From the NCBI GenBank assembly GCA_963674595.2, contig CAXXFV010000029.1, positions 128,001 through 192,000 of the forward strand: a stretch of 64,000 nucleotides of DNA. The letters are read 5' to 3'. The notes below the pieces were generated by a model. The model was not told the DNA's origin. It made no database searches and worked only from the letters and a program-made list of their open reading frames with translations. The position numbers and the translations under genes are program-made. This document shows, piece by piece, positions 19,592 to 30,695 of the stretch (within the stretch, counting starts at the first letter, position 1; each line of letters opens with the position of its first letter). The stretch is from a bacterium. GTDB taxonomy: Bacteria > Zhuqueibacterota > Zhuqueibacteria > Residuimicrobiales > Krinioviventaceae.

Positions 19592-21982
19592 TCAATATGA
19601 AACCAACCGTAATGTAGTTCCGTCACTTTCAAACTGCACAGCGCCGTGCAGATCGGTGCGCAGCACCCGGCCGCCGCTATTATTCAAACGGTCCATGACG
19701 GATTTGGACGGCAAACCGGAGCGATTAAACCGGCCGACAGAAACAATAAAATAGTCCGGGGCCACTTTATCAACAAAACCCGGCCCGGATGAAGAAGCAC
19801 TGCCGTGATGGGCGACTTTGAGCAGGTCTGATTTTAAAAAGGACCCAAAACGTTGCATTTCAAACTCGGATTCCGCTTCCGCATCGCCGGTCATTAAAAA
19901 TGATACCCGGCCGTAAACAATTTTACAGACAACGGAACTGTTGTTTATGTCTGTTTGTCCGGCATTGACCTGTTCAAGCATATGTTGAGACGGCTGTAAA
20001 ATAAAAAACGCGGTATTGACGAATCCGGACAGGGTATCGCCGGATGTCACGGTTTTGACAGGAATATTGTAAACAAGGGCAAGAGAATCCAGTCTTTTCT
20101 GTAACGGCACGTCAAGGCCAACATCCGGTTTGATAATACGTCCGATCTTGAAACTGCTCATCAAAAATTCAGTACCGCCGATATGGTCATCATGCGGATG
20201 GGTGAGCAACAGAACGTCGATTTTTTTTATCCCGTTTTGTATGAGATATGGGGCAATGACATTCTGCCCGTAATCAAAGCGGCCGTTATTATCACCGCTG
20301 TCCACCAACAGTGTTTTGCCGTCCGGAAACCGGAACAGGGCGGCGTCACCCTGACCGACGTCGAAAAAGATACAGCGCAGATGACTGCCGCCAAAAACAC
20401 CGGGCCAGATGATGATGTTTAATAAAACAATAATAATGATTAAAAATACTTTTGAATTTTTTCTGTTTACAAAAACAATAAATCCGAACAGCAGATAATA
20501 TAAAAGAAACATCAAAAAGGACGGACGCATAACAGGGATCCTCACCAGGGGCAAAGACCCGATGAGCGACAAACCTGAGGTGAGCAGGGACAATAAAAAA
20601 TCGATGGCATTAAAAAACACGGCGGCCGGACCGGTCGATAACAGCGATAACAGGACGGAAAAAAATCCGGCTGCCACAACAACGCTGACCAGCGGCACCA
20701 CCAGCAGGTTGGCAAACAAAGCAAAGGGAGTGATTTGACCAAAATACCAGGCCGTAAGCGGAGCCGTCGCTAAAATAGCGCCCAGGGAAACAACAGACAA
20801 CTGGAATATCAGTATCGAAATTCCTTTTTCCTGTTCCTGCCACCGTAACAGCTTCAAACGAAACACGGACTTTATTCTCCGGTAAAACAGCACAATACCG
20901 CAAACAGCGGTAAAAGAGAGCTGGAACCCGGTATCAAACAGTTGCAGCGGATTGATAACCAGAATAACAAAAGCGGCGGCAGACAGGGTGTTGATGACGT
21001 CATGTTTGCGTCCCAATAAATGCGCGATAATAACCAGAGACGCCATGATAAAAGCACGCACAACGGGGGTGTGACAGCCGGTGAGAAAAACATAATACAA
21101 AAGACCGGCAATGGTCAGCAAACCGGACCAGGGCTGGGGAACACGTAAAAGTTTGAACAGTCCCAATAAAAGGCCCAGAATAAAACCCACATGAAGCCCG
21201 GATACGGCCAGAACATGAATGACACCGGTTGCGGAAAAGGTTTCCAGCAGGTCCCGGTCAATGCCCTCCCTTGCCCCCACAAGCAGTCCTTTTAAAAGGG
21301 CGGCATTTTGACCGGGGAGAAACCGGTCCACAGTCGTTAAAATATAATTACGGACCGGCAAAACTCCTTGCCGGTATAAAAAATTTCCCTGGTGCTCCTC
21401 CATCACAACGCTATGAAAATCGGTCAAAACAGTCAAAATACTGAAAACGCCGCGAATCGCCAGGTATTGTTGATAATCAAAAGCACCGGGGTTCCCGGCG
21501 CCGGAGGGCTGTCGTAAACCGCCTTTTAATACAACACGGTCGCCGTATTTTAATTTTTTATGAGGATTGTACAGATTAACAAGGATTTTTCCGGATACGG
21601 GAGCAACGCCCTGAAAGGTCCACAGGGAATCCACAGACAGGTAAAAATAGTGTTTCTGCTCTTTTTCATAAACAGGACTTTTAATAACGCCCTCGACTGT
21701 TACCGGGTCCGGACCGTCATTAAACCGGCGGACGTCATTATAGCGTATAAATGACAGTTGATAAGAATAAAAAAACGCGCCCAGCAGCGCAAAAACCGTC
21801 AAGGTGAAAATGGTAAAAAGAGATGATTTTTTCAGATGATAAAAAACCAGGCAGGCAATGCTCGCCCCCACTGCCGGCAGGATAAACCATGCCCAGTGAA
21901 TTTGAAATGATTTGGCAAAGACAATTCCAAAGACAAAGGGTAAAAGAATTTTTAATACCGGTTTTGTGTCAAAACGGAACAT
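19592..21982 (-). CDS. comEC: DNA uptake competence protein ComEC/Rec2
   Basis: NPGAFDY, HVLAVSGLHVG, GFQLSF, DVGQGDA, THPHDDHIGG, HHGS motifs. Confidence 0.95.
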   Translation of the reverse strand: MFRFDTKPVLKILLPFVFGIVFAKSFQIHWAWFILPAVGASIACLVFYHLKKSSLFTIFTLTVFALLGAFFYSYQLSFIRYNDVRRFNDGPDPVTVEGVIKSPVYEKEQKHYFYLSVDSLWTFQGVAPVSGKILVNLYNPHKKLKYGDRVVLKGGLRQPSGAGNPGAFDYQQYLAIRGVFSILTVLTDFHSVVMEEHQGNFLYRQGVLPVRNYILTTVDRFLPGQNAALLKGLLVGAREGIDRDLLETFSATGVIHVLAVSGLHVGFILGLLLGLFKLLRVPQPWSGLLTIAGLLYYVFLTGCHTPVVRAFIMASLVIIAHLLGRKHDVINTLSAAAFVILVINPLQLFDTGFQLSFTAVCGIVLFYRRIKSVFRLKLLRWQEQEKGISILIFQLSVVSLGAILATAPLTAWYFGQITPFALFANLLVVPLVSVVVAAGFFSVLLSLLSTGPAAVFFNAIDFLLSLLTSGLSLIGSLPLVRIPVMRPSFLMFLLYYLLFGFIVFVNRKNSKVFLIIIIVLLNIIIWPGVFGGSHLRCIFFDVGQGDAALFRFPDGKTLLVDSGDNNGRFDYGQNVIAPYLIQNGIKKIDVLLLTHPHDDHIGGTEFLMSSFKIGRIIKPDVGLDVPLQKRLDSLALVYNIPVKTVTSGDTLSGFVNTAFFILQPSQHMLEQVNAGQTDINNSSVVCKIVYGRVSFLMTGDAEAESEFEMQRFGSFLKSDLLKVAHHGSASSSGPGFVDKVAPDYFIVSVGRFNRSGLPSKSVMDRLNNSGGRVLRTDLHGAVQFESDGTTLRLVSY

Positions 21983-22587
21983 TAATCCACAGTCGTTTGC
22001 AGAATCCTGTTGTGCAGTGTTTTTACCTGTTGTTCAAGTGAATTTAAATCCTGGTCGTTGGTGATGACAAAATCAGACCGGGCAATTTTTTCTTCCTGAG
22101 AAAGCTGGGCAGCCATACGTTTTAATATCTGTTCGCGGGGCAGGCCGTCACGGGCCTGGGTGCGCTGAATGCAGGCCTCGACCGACGCTGAAACAGTGAT
22201 GTTATAATCCATTTGTTTATCAACGCCCAGTTCAAATATCAGCGCCGCATTGATGATCAGGTATTTACTGGTTCCCTCCCCCTCAATCTCGTTGACAAGC
22301 TGATCCACTCTCTCCAGCATAAGCGGATGGACAATATCGTTCAATCTTTTCAAATGCGCCTCATTGGCAAAAACGATCTTTCCGACCCGTTTGCGGTTTA
22401 TTTGACCGTTTTCCAGAATATCTTTTCCAAAGGCTTCAACCAGTTTTTGTTTGGCGGTTTCACTGTGCTGTAATACCCAATGCCCGGCAAGATCAACATC
22501 AATGACCGGTACGTTCAGCGATTCAAAAATAGCGGCCACGGTTGATTTACCGCTTCCCAAAATACCTGTCAGTCCGATTTTTAACAT
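21982..22587 (-). CDS. coaE: Dephospho-CoA kinase
   Basis: IGLTGILGSGKSTV P-loop, LNDIVHP, RMAAQ motifs. Confidence 0.95.
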   Translation of the reverse strand: MLKIGLTGILGSGKSTVAAIFESLNVPVIDVDLAGHWVLQHSETAKQKLVEAFGKDILENGQINRKRVGKIVFANEAHLKRLNDIVHPLMLERVDQLVNEIEGEGTSKYLIINAALIFELGVDKQMDYNITVSASVEACIQRTQARDGLPREQILKRMAAQLSQEEKIARSDFVITNDQDLNSLEQQVKTLHNRILQTTVD

Positions 22588-22595
22588 GCATGCGC

Positions 22596-25500
22596 CTATT
22601 TTATAATTGCCAGTTTTCCCAGAAAATCCTGGTCTTTATAGGTAATTCGATAAATATAAATCCCGGAAGCGACCCGTTCACCGGCGTCATTACACAGGTC
22701 CCATTGCACACCGCCGTCGCCGTTGGTTTCCCGGATCGTGCGCACCGGCCGGCCCTGCGAGGTCAAAATGCGAATTTCAGCCTGGGGCGTTAAATTGGCA
22801 AAGGTGATCACCCCGGTGCCGTATTCGGGCTTGTAGGGATTGGGAAAGGTGAAAACATGGTCCAGGGAGGTTTGTGAAAAAATCAGTTTTAAATAATCGC
22901 CCCGGCCTGCAACCATGGCGACATTCTGCGCGCTTTTTAAATTTTTCACTTTTAGGGTAAAAGTTTTGCCGAACGCGCCGAAATTCTGTCCGGAGGCCAG
23001 TTTCAGTTCCACTTTATCGTCCGCCGTAAGCTGGACGGAAACAATCTCTATGTCCTCAAAATCATAATTGCCGATATGTTCCACACTCTGCTGGTCCATG
23101 GTTTCGCTAAAGGTCAGTTCAACCGTGGTATTGTCTAACAAATTTCCGGCTTTTAAATAGGGCACAGACAACGGCACCGTATATTGAAAATCAGCCGTAC
23201 TACGGATTTCATCCAGGGGCGTTCGGTCGCGGTCCTGCACATTAAAACAGGAAACAGTATAGGATACGCCGGCCTTGAAACTGTTTGCAAAACTGAGCAC
23301 AATTTCCTGACCGTATTTATCGGGAATTGCGGATGAGGGACGCCCGATGGTGTTGTTCACGATATACTTTGTCGGATCTTTGGCTGAAGCGCCGAGCGGT
23401 TCGCTGAAAACCAGTCTCAGGTTATTGGTGGTTTCCGTATAGGCTTGTGCCAGCCAGGGCCGGTATCCGGGGCGCGCCGACACAATAACCGAAGGCAGAC
23501 TGGTTTTCCCGCCCGCAGTCTGAGAGGCAATAATTTGATAATAGTATGTTTTATTTTTAAGGACCAGCGAATCCAGGCAACTGTTTTCCGATACGGTTAA
23601 TAAAGGCAGCAGCGTGTCCGCATGGGTCCCTTTAAAAACGGTATAGGCATCGGCGCCGCTCACCTCGCGCCAGGATATTTTTACACGCCCTTCATCAAGG
23701 GGCTGGGCCGTAACGCCCACCGGGGCCGAAAGACCGGTCTCTCCCCCGCTCTGTTCAAAAACAATCGTGTTTGTGCCGTCGCCGCTTAAAATTTCGTTTT
23801 GGCCGTCCACATCAACGTCCTGCACCAGCACACCGCTCGATTGTACGGTTGAATGATGGTAGATGACCTTGTATTGATCGTCAACATAATTTATGATATA
23901 AAAATCCGGAAAAGCGCAGATAAAAATTTCATCGTCGCCGTCCTGATCAATGTCGCCGCTGGACACACCGGACTCGAAATCCTTGACCGACTCGAACCCG
24001 AAAATACGCCAGTCCGCAACAATTTCATAGGTATTGTCACCGGTCCGGTCAAAAACAGCATAATACCAGTGCCGGGCGTCGTAATAGTGTTCGGTGTTCA
24101 GGTTCGGGTCCGAATGGCACCCGGCAATAAATTCGGTCTGGCCGTCGCCGTCATAATCACCCACGGACAAAAAGTCAATGGCGTCCTGCAGCGGCAAGGA
24201 TGTCTGCCAGGTTATTTGATAAGCATTGTCGCCCGTGTTTTCATAAATATAAAGATCGCCGTCGCTGTCACCGGCGAGAAATTCCAAATAACCGTCATTG
24301 TCAAAATCGCCATATTCACAAAACGGAACACCGTTCTGGTTTTCGCCGCTGGTCGGATTGGGCAATTCCGCAGCCATTTGAAACTGTGAATTTGCGTTCA
24401 GTTCCCATATTTCAAACTGGTCCACGCTTGAATTATTTTCACTTTTAACAATCCGAAAAATAATTTCGCCTTTGTCATCCTTGTCCAAATCGGCAATGCG
24501 GCCGGCCCAATATTGTGTCGAGCCTTCGCCGGACCAGGTTTTCCATTCAACAGACGGGAACCCGTCTGTTTCATCACATTTGAACAGGTAACTGGAAAAT
24601 CCCAGTCCGCACAGCATTTCCGGTTTGCCGTCATTGTCAATGTCACCAAAATCACGCGGGATCAGCGATGAAGCCGAGGCATAAAGTTCATCAAAACCGG
24701 CACCGTTGTGTTCAAATATTTTTACCGGACCGATTCCGTTTTCTCCCTCAATGCCGATGACAATATCCGGTATGCCGTTTTGGTTAAAATCAAAATGTTG
24801 GTTGACAAGGGTGCCGAAGGGCAGGCCGCTTGCAAAGGGCGAAAATCCCACCACATCAATGGGCGGCGCACTGAGATCAACCGTATAAAAAACGCTGCTG
24901 TTATCGTCTGTGGTTTCCAGTCCGGCCCCGTTTCCGGCCCGTACTTTAATTTCAGCCATGCCGGTGATTTCATCCTGGGTGAGATTATATCGAAGTTCAT
25001 TACTGCGATAGGCCATGGCCGCTTCCTGAAAGTCCTCTGTGGAATTTTGCGGCCGGAAAAAGACCGATCCTTCACAAAGGTCATCCGTCACAAAAGAGAC
25101 AAGATTGGACGTGCGGTCACCGTCCAGCATGGGCGCTATGGTGACATCACTGATGACCGGCCCGGAATGATCGATAAAAACCCGGGTCAAATCTTCCACA
25201 ACAGAGCCGTCCCTGTTTTCCACTTTTAAACGGACCGTATATTCACCCTCTTCCTGGGGCAGGTCCGTCCATGTGCCCAGTTCACCGTCAATAACCGGTT
25301 CCGTGTATGGTCCGGTTATCTTGTCCCAGTTTAACGGGTTCTCTCCCTCGCCGTAATAAAGGGTATAATTATCCAGAAACGGACTCCAGGCAGAGCCCTG
25401 AATAACCACCGGACCGCTGCTGAATCCCTGATCGAGGACCGGTTTTACGATTTTGACAATCGAATAATCCGTGGATTTTAACAAAAGCTCAAGGTCCAGG

Positions 25501-26828
25501 CGTCCGGCGCCGTAATAAAAGTCCCACATGTTATCGTCAATTTTATAGGCCGATTGCACCAGCCGGCCGCGAATTTGTTCGGCCGTATAATCCTTGTTCT
25601 GCGACCGGAGCAGGGCCGCTGCCGCCGATACAAATGGTGCGGAAAAGGACGTGCCGTTCATGGTTGTGTATTCGTCATTGAGTGTAGTGGTCAAAATATC
25701 CACCCCCGGCGCAACCAAATCGATGGTGGTGCCGTAATTGGAAAAACCTGCCAGATCGTCATCCTCATCGGTCGCACCGACGGAAATCACGCCGTTGAAT
25801 CCCGACGGATAATGGATCTGTTCTGTGGAGGAATTACCGGCCGAAGCCACCAGAACGACATTTTTCGTTGCCGCATAATGGATGACGTCGTCAACAATCC
25901 GGGATACAAACACATCGCCCCAGCTCATATTAATAACATCAGCCCCGTTTTGTATGGCGTATAAAATCGCCATGGCAACATCGTCTTCTTCGCCGTTGCC
26001 GCCGGCCGTAAAAGCGCGCAAATTCATCACCCGGCAGCCGTGGGCAACACCGGCAATACCGGCATTGTTGCCGGTCATGGCCGCTATAATACCGGCAACG
26101 CCTGTGCCGTGACCGTATTCGTCCATGGGGTCGTTGTCCGGTTCAAGATAATCACCGCCGTCCGCGTAATTGGGCGCATCGGTAAAGTCCCAGCCCTGAA
26201 CATCGTCAACAAAACCGTTAGCGTCATCATCGATACCGTTCAGGTCCGATTCATCAACAACACCGTTTCCGTTAATATCTTCACCGGGATTAATCCAGAT
26301 GTTTTCAAACAAATCAACATGATTATAATCGATACCCGTATCAATCACGCTGACAATGACATTTTCACTACCGCGTTCAATGTCCCAGGCAGCCTCGGCA
26401 TGAATTTTTGTTAACGCCCACTGTTCTGAATAACGGGTGTCGTTCGGGGTAAAATGCAGTTGAAAGGCCCGGTTTTCACCGATATATTGAATATTTTCAT
26501 TATCTTTTAAGGACTGTATAATTTCATCGGAATCGGTCTGTTCAGACAAAGAACAGATCAGCCATTTATGCAAATCTTGAAAAGACGAGCTAGATTCCAG
26601 ATCATTCGTTACAAAAGGGATCATTCTGACATTTTTATCGGCCAGGACCTTGTCAATGGAAGCAATGCCGGTTGTTTTTACGGATCGACCATCGGTTTTA
26701 TTTAACTGTACCGGACGGTCTTTTAGTTTGATCAGTAAGGTATTGCTTTTAGCAAAGGACAGGCCGGTTACCAGGAACAAAAAGATGGCTGCCACAAAAA
26801 ATATTTTAAAAAACTTTTTCACATTCAA
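22596..26828 (-). CDS. Secreted S8 (subtilisin-like) peptidase with FG-GAP, FN3, Ig-like and FlgD/T9SS-type tail
   Basis: Catalytic triad VIDTGID / HGTGVAG / NGTSFSAP; GDFDND repeats; FPNPY...SGIYIY tail. Confidence 0.9.
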   Translation of the reverse strand: MNVKKFFKIFFVAAIFLFLVTGLSFAKSNTLLIKLKDRPVQLNKTDGRSVKTTGIASIDKVLADKNVRMIPFVTNDLESSSSFQDLHKWLICSLSEQTDSDEIIQSLKDNENIQYIGENRAFQLHFTPNDTRYSEQWALTKIHAEAAWDIERGSENVIVSVIDTGIDYNHVDLFENIWINPGEDINGNGVVDESDLNGIDDDANGFVDDVQGWDFTDAPNYADGGDYLEPDNDPMDEYGHGTGVAGIIAAMTGNNAGIAGVAHGCRVMNLRAFTAGGNGEEDDVAMAILYAIQNGADVINMSWGDVFVSRIVDDVIHYAATKNVVLVASAGNSSTEQIHYPSGFNGVISVGATDEDDDLAGFSNYGTTIDLVAPGVDILTTTLNDEYTTMNGTSFSAPFVSAAAALLRSQNKDYTAEQIRGRLVQSAYKIDDNMWDFYYGAGRLDLELLLKSTDYSIVKIVKPVLDQGFSSGPVVIQGSAWSPFLDNYTLYYGEGENPLNWDKITGPYTEPVIDGELGTWTDLPQEEGEYTVRLKVENRDGSVVEDLTRVFIDHSGPVISDVTIAPMLDGDRTSNLVSFVTDDLCEGSVFFRPQNSTEDFQEAAMAYRSNELRYNLTQDEITGMAEIKVRAGNGAGLETTDDNSSVFYTVDLSAPPIDVVGFSPFASGLPFGTLVNQHFDFNQNGIPDIVIGIEGENGIGPVKIFEHNGAGFDELYASASSLIPRDFGDIDNDGKPEMLCGLGFSSYLFKCDETDGFPSVEWKTWSGEGSTQYWAGRIADLDKDDKGEIIFRIVKSENNSSVDQFEIWELNANSQFQMAAELPNPTSGENQNGVPFCEYGDFDNDGYLEFLAGDSDGDLYIYENTGDNAYQITWQTSLPLQDAIDFLSVGDYDGDGQTEFIAGCHSDPNLNTEHYYDARHWYYAVFDRTGDNTYEIVADWRIFGFESVKDFESGVSSGDIDQDGDDEIFICAFPDFYIINYVDDQYKVIYHHSTVQSSGVLVQDVDVDGQNEILSGDGTNTIVFEQSGGETGLSAPVGVTAQPLDEGRVKISWREVSGADAYTVFKGTHADTLLPLLTVSENSCLDSLVLKNKTYYYQIIASQTAGGKTSLPSVIVSARPGYRPWLAQAYTETTNNLRLVFSEPLGASAKDPTKYIVNNTIGRPSSAIPDKYGQEIVLSFANSFKAGVSYTVSCFNVQDRDRTPLDEIRSTADFQYTVPLSVPYLKAGNLLDNTTVELTFSETMDQQSVEHIGNYDFEDIEIVSVQLTADDKVELKLASGQNFGAFGKTFTLKVKNLKSAQNVAMVAGRGDYLKLIFSQTSLDHVFTFPNPYKPEYGTGVITFANLTPQAEIRILTSQGRPVRTIRETNGDGGVQWDLCNDAGERVASGIYIYRITYKDQDFLGKLAIIK

Positions 26829-27724
26829 TCCTTAAAACATAATTCAATTAAAATTCGCGGGAGTAAAATTATCAAAAGTAAAAATCCGATAAAACAGGAT
26901 GCTGTTTTTTGAAACAGGTGTTTGTCATATTTAAAAAAATAATCAACAAAAGAACGATGAGACGACACGATCATGGGCAGACGTTTTTTATTAACGCTGG
27001 CGCCTTTAAAATGTATGGCTTTTGCCCCGGAACAATAAAAAATCTCATAACCGCTTTTTTTAACCCGGTAACACCAGTCCACGTCGCTGAAAAACATGAA
27101 AAAACGTTCATCCCACAGACCGACTTTATTCAGCAGGTCCTGCGAAAAAACCAGGAACGCGCCCTGGGGCTGGTCCACATATCTTGAATGGGAATGATCA
27201 AAATCCGGCATTTTCCAGCGTTTAAACTTTTTAGAGAACAATCCCAGTCCCAAAATCTCAAACAGCACATCGCTCTTTTTAGGAAAGTAACGACAGGAAG
27301 CCTGAATAGTTCCGTCTGTATTTAACAACTGCGGCGCTGTAACGCCGGTTTTATCATCCTGTTCCAGTTTATCAATCAATATTGAAAGAGTATGTTCCTG
27401 CAAAATAACATCCGGGTTAAGCACCACGATATAACGGCCGGTACATTTTTTAAGGGCCTGATTTAAAGCGGCGGTAAAACCCCGGTTTTGTTGATTGTTT
27501 ATTACCTGGTAATCACAAAAATGCGCACCTGTCCCCTGTTGTTTCAGCAGCGAGGCGGTATCGTCCGGACTGTTATTATCGACAAGGATAATTTGTATTT
27601 TAAAATTCACTGTAGCAGATATAATACTGTTCAGGCAGGCGTGTATACTGTCTTTATTGTTATAGGTAACAATTGCAATGGAAATATCCGGAGACCCTGA
27701 ACGATTCAATTCCACGGGAAACAA
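26825..27724 (-). CDS. Glycosyltransferase family 2
   Basis: IAIVTYN, VDNNSPD, LNPD, DERFFMF.SDVDW motifs. Confidence 0.9.
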   Translation of the reverse strand: MFPVELNRSGSPDISIAIVTYNNKDSIHACLNSIISATVNFKIQIILVDNNSPDDTASLLKQQGTGAHFCDYQVINNQQNRGFTAALNQALKKCTGRYIVVLNPDVILQEHTLSILIDKLEQDDKTGVTAPQLLNTDGTIQASCRYFPKKSDVLFEILGLGLFSKKFKRWKMPDFDHSHSRYVDQPQGAFLVFSQDLLNKVGLWDERFFMFFSDVDWCYRVKKSGYEIFYCSGAKAIHFKGASVNKKRLPMIVSSHRSFVDYFFKYDKHLFQKTASCFIGFLLLIILLPRILIELCFKD

Positions 27725-27799
27725 CTTTCGGTTTTATGTTAAAAGAAAAAGCATGACCAAAAAATCAGCCATGCTTATTTTCAAATATTGAAAAGCAGG

Positions 27800-30010
27800 T
27801 TATTCAGACTCTTCCTGCGCTCTTTTTCGTAGATATTCGAGTTTTGATTTGTACCATTCGTTTTCGGGATGTTTTTTCAACAACAACTCAAAAACATTGA
27901 TGGCTTTTTCATATTGCCCCTGAGCAGCATATATTTCTCCCAATGTGGGCGTAACAAACTTTTCCTTTGGGCGTTCGGCTGACAATTCATCGTCGTCAAG
28001 ACCTTCGTCAAAAACAAGGTTCTCATCGTCGTCGGAATCAACCATATCATCAACGACCAGCCGGGAAGTATCCTCTTCCGTTTCCTCAAAATCTTCCATG
28101 GTTGCCTGAACTTCATCCTCGCCATCAACACTTCCCTGGATAAAATCATCAGTAAACGACGTCAGGTTGTTTTCTTGTTCCTGGTCCGGCTCATCCGAAA
28201 CAACATTCGGCTTTTTTTCCGTAATACGTTCGGGTTTGGGGCCTGCTGCGGGTTTCGATTGTGATCCGCCGATCAGTTGTCCCTGGTCTGCATCGGATTC
28301 GGGTTCCGGTTCTTCTTCATCAGTAACCGTTTCAGGTCCCGGGCCTTGTTCATCAACAGCCGGCTCATCGTCCTCATCGCCGTACATTTTGCTCAAAAAG
28401 TCGCTAAATTCTTCTTCTTCCATCTCTTCCGTATCAACAATATCCTCATCACTGCCGGCATTGGAAAGAGCGGCATCAATTTGCTGTTGTTCCATATCTT
28501 CAAGATCGCTTGTAAGCTTTTCAACATCTTCTTCATAGGTCACAAGCTCATCCGGCAGTTCAGCATCATCGTCATCTGCTGTTTCTTCATCCTGAAACTG
28601 GGGTAACGATTCCGCCATACCGCCTTTTGTAATAATTTCCTGTTCCGGCACCGACGAATCTTTTTCTTCAGCATCAACCTCATCCGGGCTCATAAACGCC
28701 TCGGAATCGTCATCCATATCCATATCTTCATCAATTTCCGTTTCAACTTCTTCCTCGTCTGTCGAAGCATCCTGTTTGCTGACAACACGTTCAATTGTGT
28801 CCAGCGTTTGTTTTTCACGTTCCTCTTCTTCCACTAATTTTGGACTGAATATCTCGTCCAGAATTTGTGAAAAACGGGCTTCTTCTTTTTCAAATTCTTG
28901 CGGGGCAAAATCGGCCGGTTGTTCTTCGCTTTCCTCTTCCGCCAATAGCTCCTCGTCATCAACATCGGTCATGCTAAAGGAAGTCTCTTCTGTTTCGTCC
29001 AACTCTGGTTCCTCATGAGTATCAAAGCTGGTTTCCAGTTCCGTATCCGCCGTTTCATCTTCGGTTTCGTCTTCAAAAAAGAAACTTTCAGGATCAACAG
29101 CCATGTCATCACTTTCTTCATCCTCATGAATCATCTCAGAGGGTTCAAAACTCGTACTTTCGTCTTCCTGTTCGTCTTCTTTTGTATCGTGACGGAAAAA
29201 GGGAGAAGTTTCCTCTTCCGTGCTGGCTACTTCTAAATCACTGTCCTCATCTTCCGACCCTTCGAACAGGGTTTCCGCAGCAGGTTCTTCATCTGTTGTC
29301 GGCTCTTCATCAAATCCTGTAAACGCCGTAAGTCCATCGTCGTCGTCAGCAGTTGCAGGTTCGGTTTCAGTTTCAGTGTCAGTGTCGGCAAAAAGATCAC
29401 TTGTTTCGTCACCAAAAGGTTCGGTTTTTACGTCATCAGGCTGATCCATATCGCCAAAAATATCAGAATAATCATCGTCTTCTGATGTATTATCGAGAAA
29501 CGAATCTGTATCGGTATCGTCTTCAAACAAACCGTCGGCGACAGGTTCTTTTGTTTCCGGTTGTTCTTTTTGAATATCTTTGGCAACAATACTGGGTTCT
29601 TCTTCATTGCCAAATGAATCCAGTAACGTGCGTGTTGTATTGTCTAACGGGTCTATTTCCAATATTTTTTTGTAACTCAACTCAACGGAACGGGTCCACC
29701 CGATTTCCTTCATTAATTCGCTGTATAATTTATGTGCCCTTAAAAATTTCGGATCATAATAAAACACTTTTTTCAACTGTTTTTCTGCTTCATCAAACTC
29801 TTTTTTGCCAAAAAGGCTTTTGGCTAATATGAAATAACCGGTTGCATAATCAGGGTGATTTTCCAAACCTTGTTGACAAATTTCAATGGCTTTGTCATAA
29901 TCATTTGATATTAGAAATTGTTCAGCAAGTCTGGCAAAAACGATGGATTTGGGATTATTATCAATTTGTTTTTGCAGCCAGTTCATTTCTTTATTTAAAG
30001 AATTTTCCAT
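27800..30010 (-). CDS. TPR protein with very long acidic low-complexity linker and C-terminal TPR
   Basis: N-terminal TPRs, D/E-rich middle, TPTLGEIYAAQGQYEKAI C-terminus. Confidence 0.8.
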   Translation of the reverse strand: MENSLNKEMNWLQKQIDNNPKSIVFARLAEQFLISNDYDKAIEICQQGLENHPDYATGYFILAKSLFGKKEFDEAEKQLKKVFYYDPKFLRAHKLYSELMKEIGWTRSVELSYKKILEIDPLDNTTRTLLDSFGNEEEPSIVAKDIQKEQPETKEPVADGLFEDDTDTDSFLDNTSEDDDYSDIFGDMDQPDDVKTEPFGDETSDLFADTDTETETEPATADDDDGLTAFTGFDEEPTTDEEPAAETLFEGSEDEDSDLEVASTEEETSPFFRHDTKEDEQEDESTSFEPSEMIHEDEESDDMAVDPESFFFEDETEDETADTELETSFDTHEEPELDETEETSFSMTDVDDEELLAEEESEEQPADFAPQEFEKEEARFSQILDEIFSPKLVEEEEREKQTLDTIERVVSKQDASTDEEEVETEIDEDMDMDDDSEAFMSPDEVDAEEKDSSVPEQEIITKGGMAESLPQFQDEETADDDDAELPDELVTYEEDVEKLTSDLEDMEQQQIDAALSNAGSDEDIVDTEEMEEEEFSDFLSKMYGDEDDEPAVDEQGPGPETVTDEEEPEPESDADQGQLIGGSQSKPAAGPKPERITEKKPNVVSDEPDQEQENNLTSFTDDFIQGSVDGEDEVQATMEDFEETEEDTSRLVVDDMVDSDDDENLVFDEGLDDDELSAERPKEKFVTPTLGEIYAAQGQYEKAINVFELLLKKHPENEWYKSKLEYLRKRAQEESE

Positions 30011-30194
30011 TTGGCCCTCATAATTATGGAAAAGTACGGATTTATCAATTTAACTTTTATATTTTTTATACTTTACGTAAATTATATATAGATGCAATTT
30101 AAAAGTTCTGCAGATACTAATATATTAATATACAAAAAAAAAACCTTGAATTCCAACCAATTATAGCTAAAATTCAAAAATAACAAAACGTTAT

Positions 30195-30695
30195 CTACCA
30201 ACCGGATACGGTTTTGTTTAAAACGTCCTGACTTAATTTTTCTATGGCTTCCGCCAGTGCATCCTCACGTGCAGACGGACCACCCGAAGGATCATAAGCG
30301 CCCCATTGGGTCAGCCGCTCTTCCCACATCACCTGGTGCTTTACCTGGTCCATACATTTAATGCTGACTGTGATGTATATTTTAATATCCTGGACCGTTT
30401 CGCTGGAGGTCACGGCCCCGCTTCTGTCATCAATGCGGGTTATGGCGCCGTTAATAAGAACATTTGCACTGCCTATATCAGCAATTTTCAAAGAGTTGTC
30501 TTTGGTAAATTCGTCTATAAAAGCATCGGTCATTTGTTCGGCAACGCCAAATTCTGCGGTGCGGTTATCAATTAAAGGAATGGCAACCGTTTTCAGGTGC
30601 GGGTCCAGTGAACCTTTAAAAGAATAAAATCCACAGGACAGTTGCAGTAATAAAGCAGTTAAAAGTGTAATTTTTAAAATTAATTTATTCATCAT
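30195..30695 (-). CDS. lptE: LptE-family lipoprotein
   Basis: Lipobox LSC, CG.YSFKG start typical of FCB LptE. Confidence 0.75.
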   Translation of the reverse strand: MMNKLILKITLLTALLLQLSCGFYSFKGSLDPHLKTVAIPLIDNRTAEFGVAEQMTDAFIDEFTKDNSLKIADIGSANVLINGAITRIDDRSGAVTSSETVQDIKIYITVSIKCMDQVKHQVMWEERLTQWGAYDPSGGPSAREDALAEAIEKLSQDVLNKTVSGW

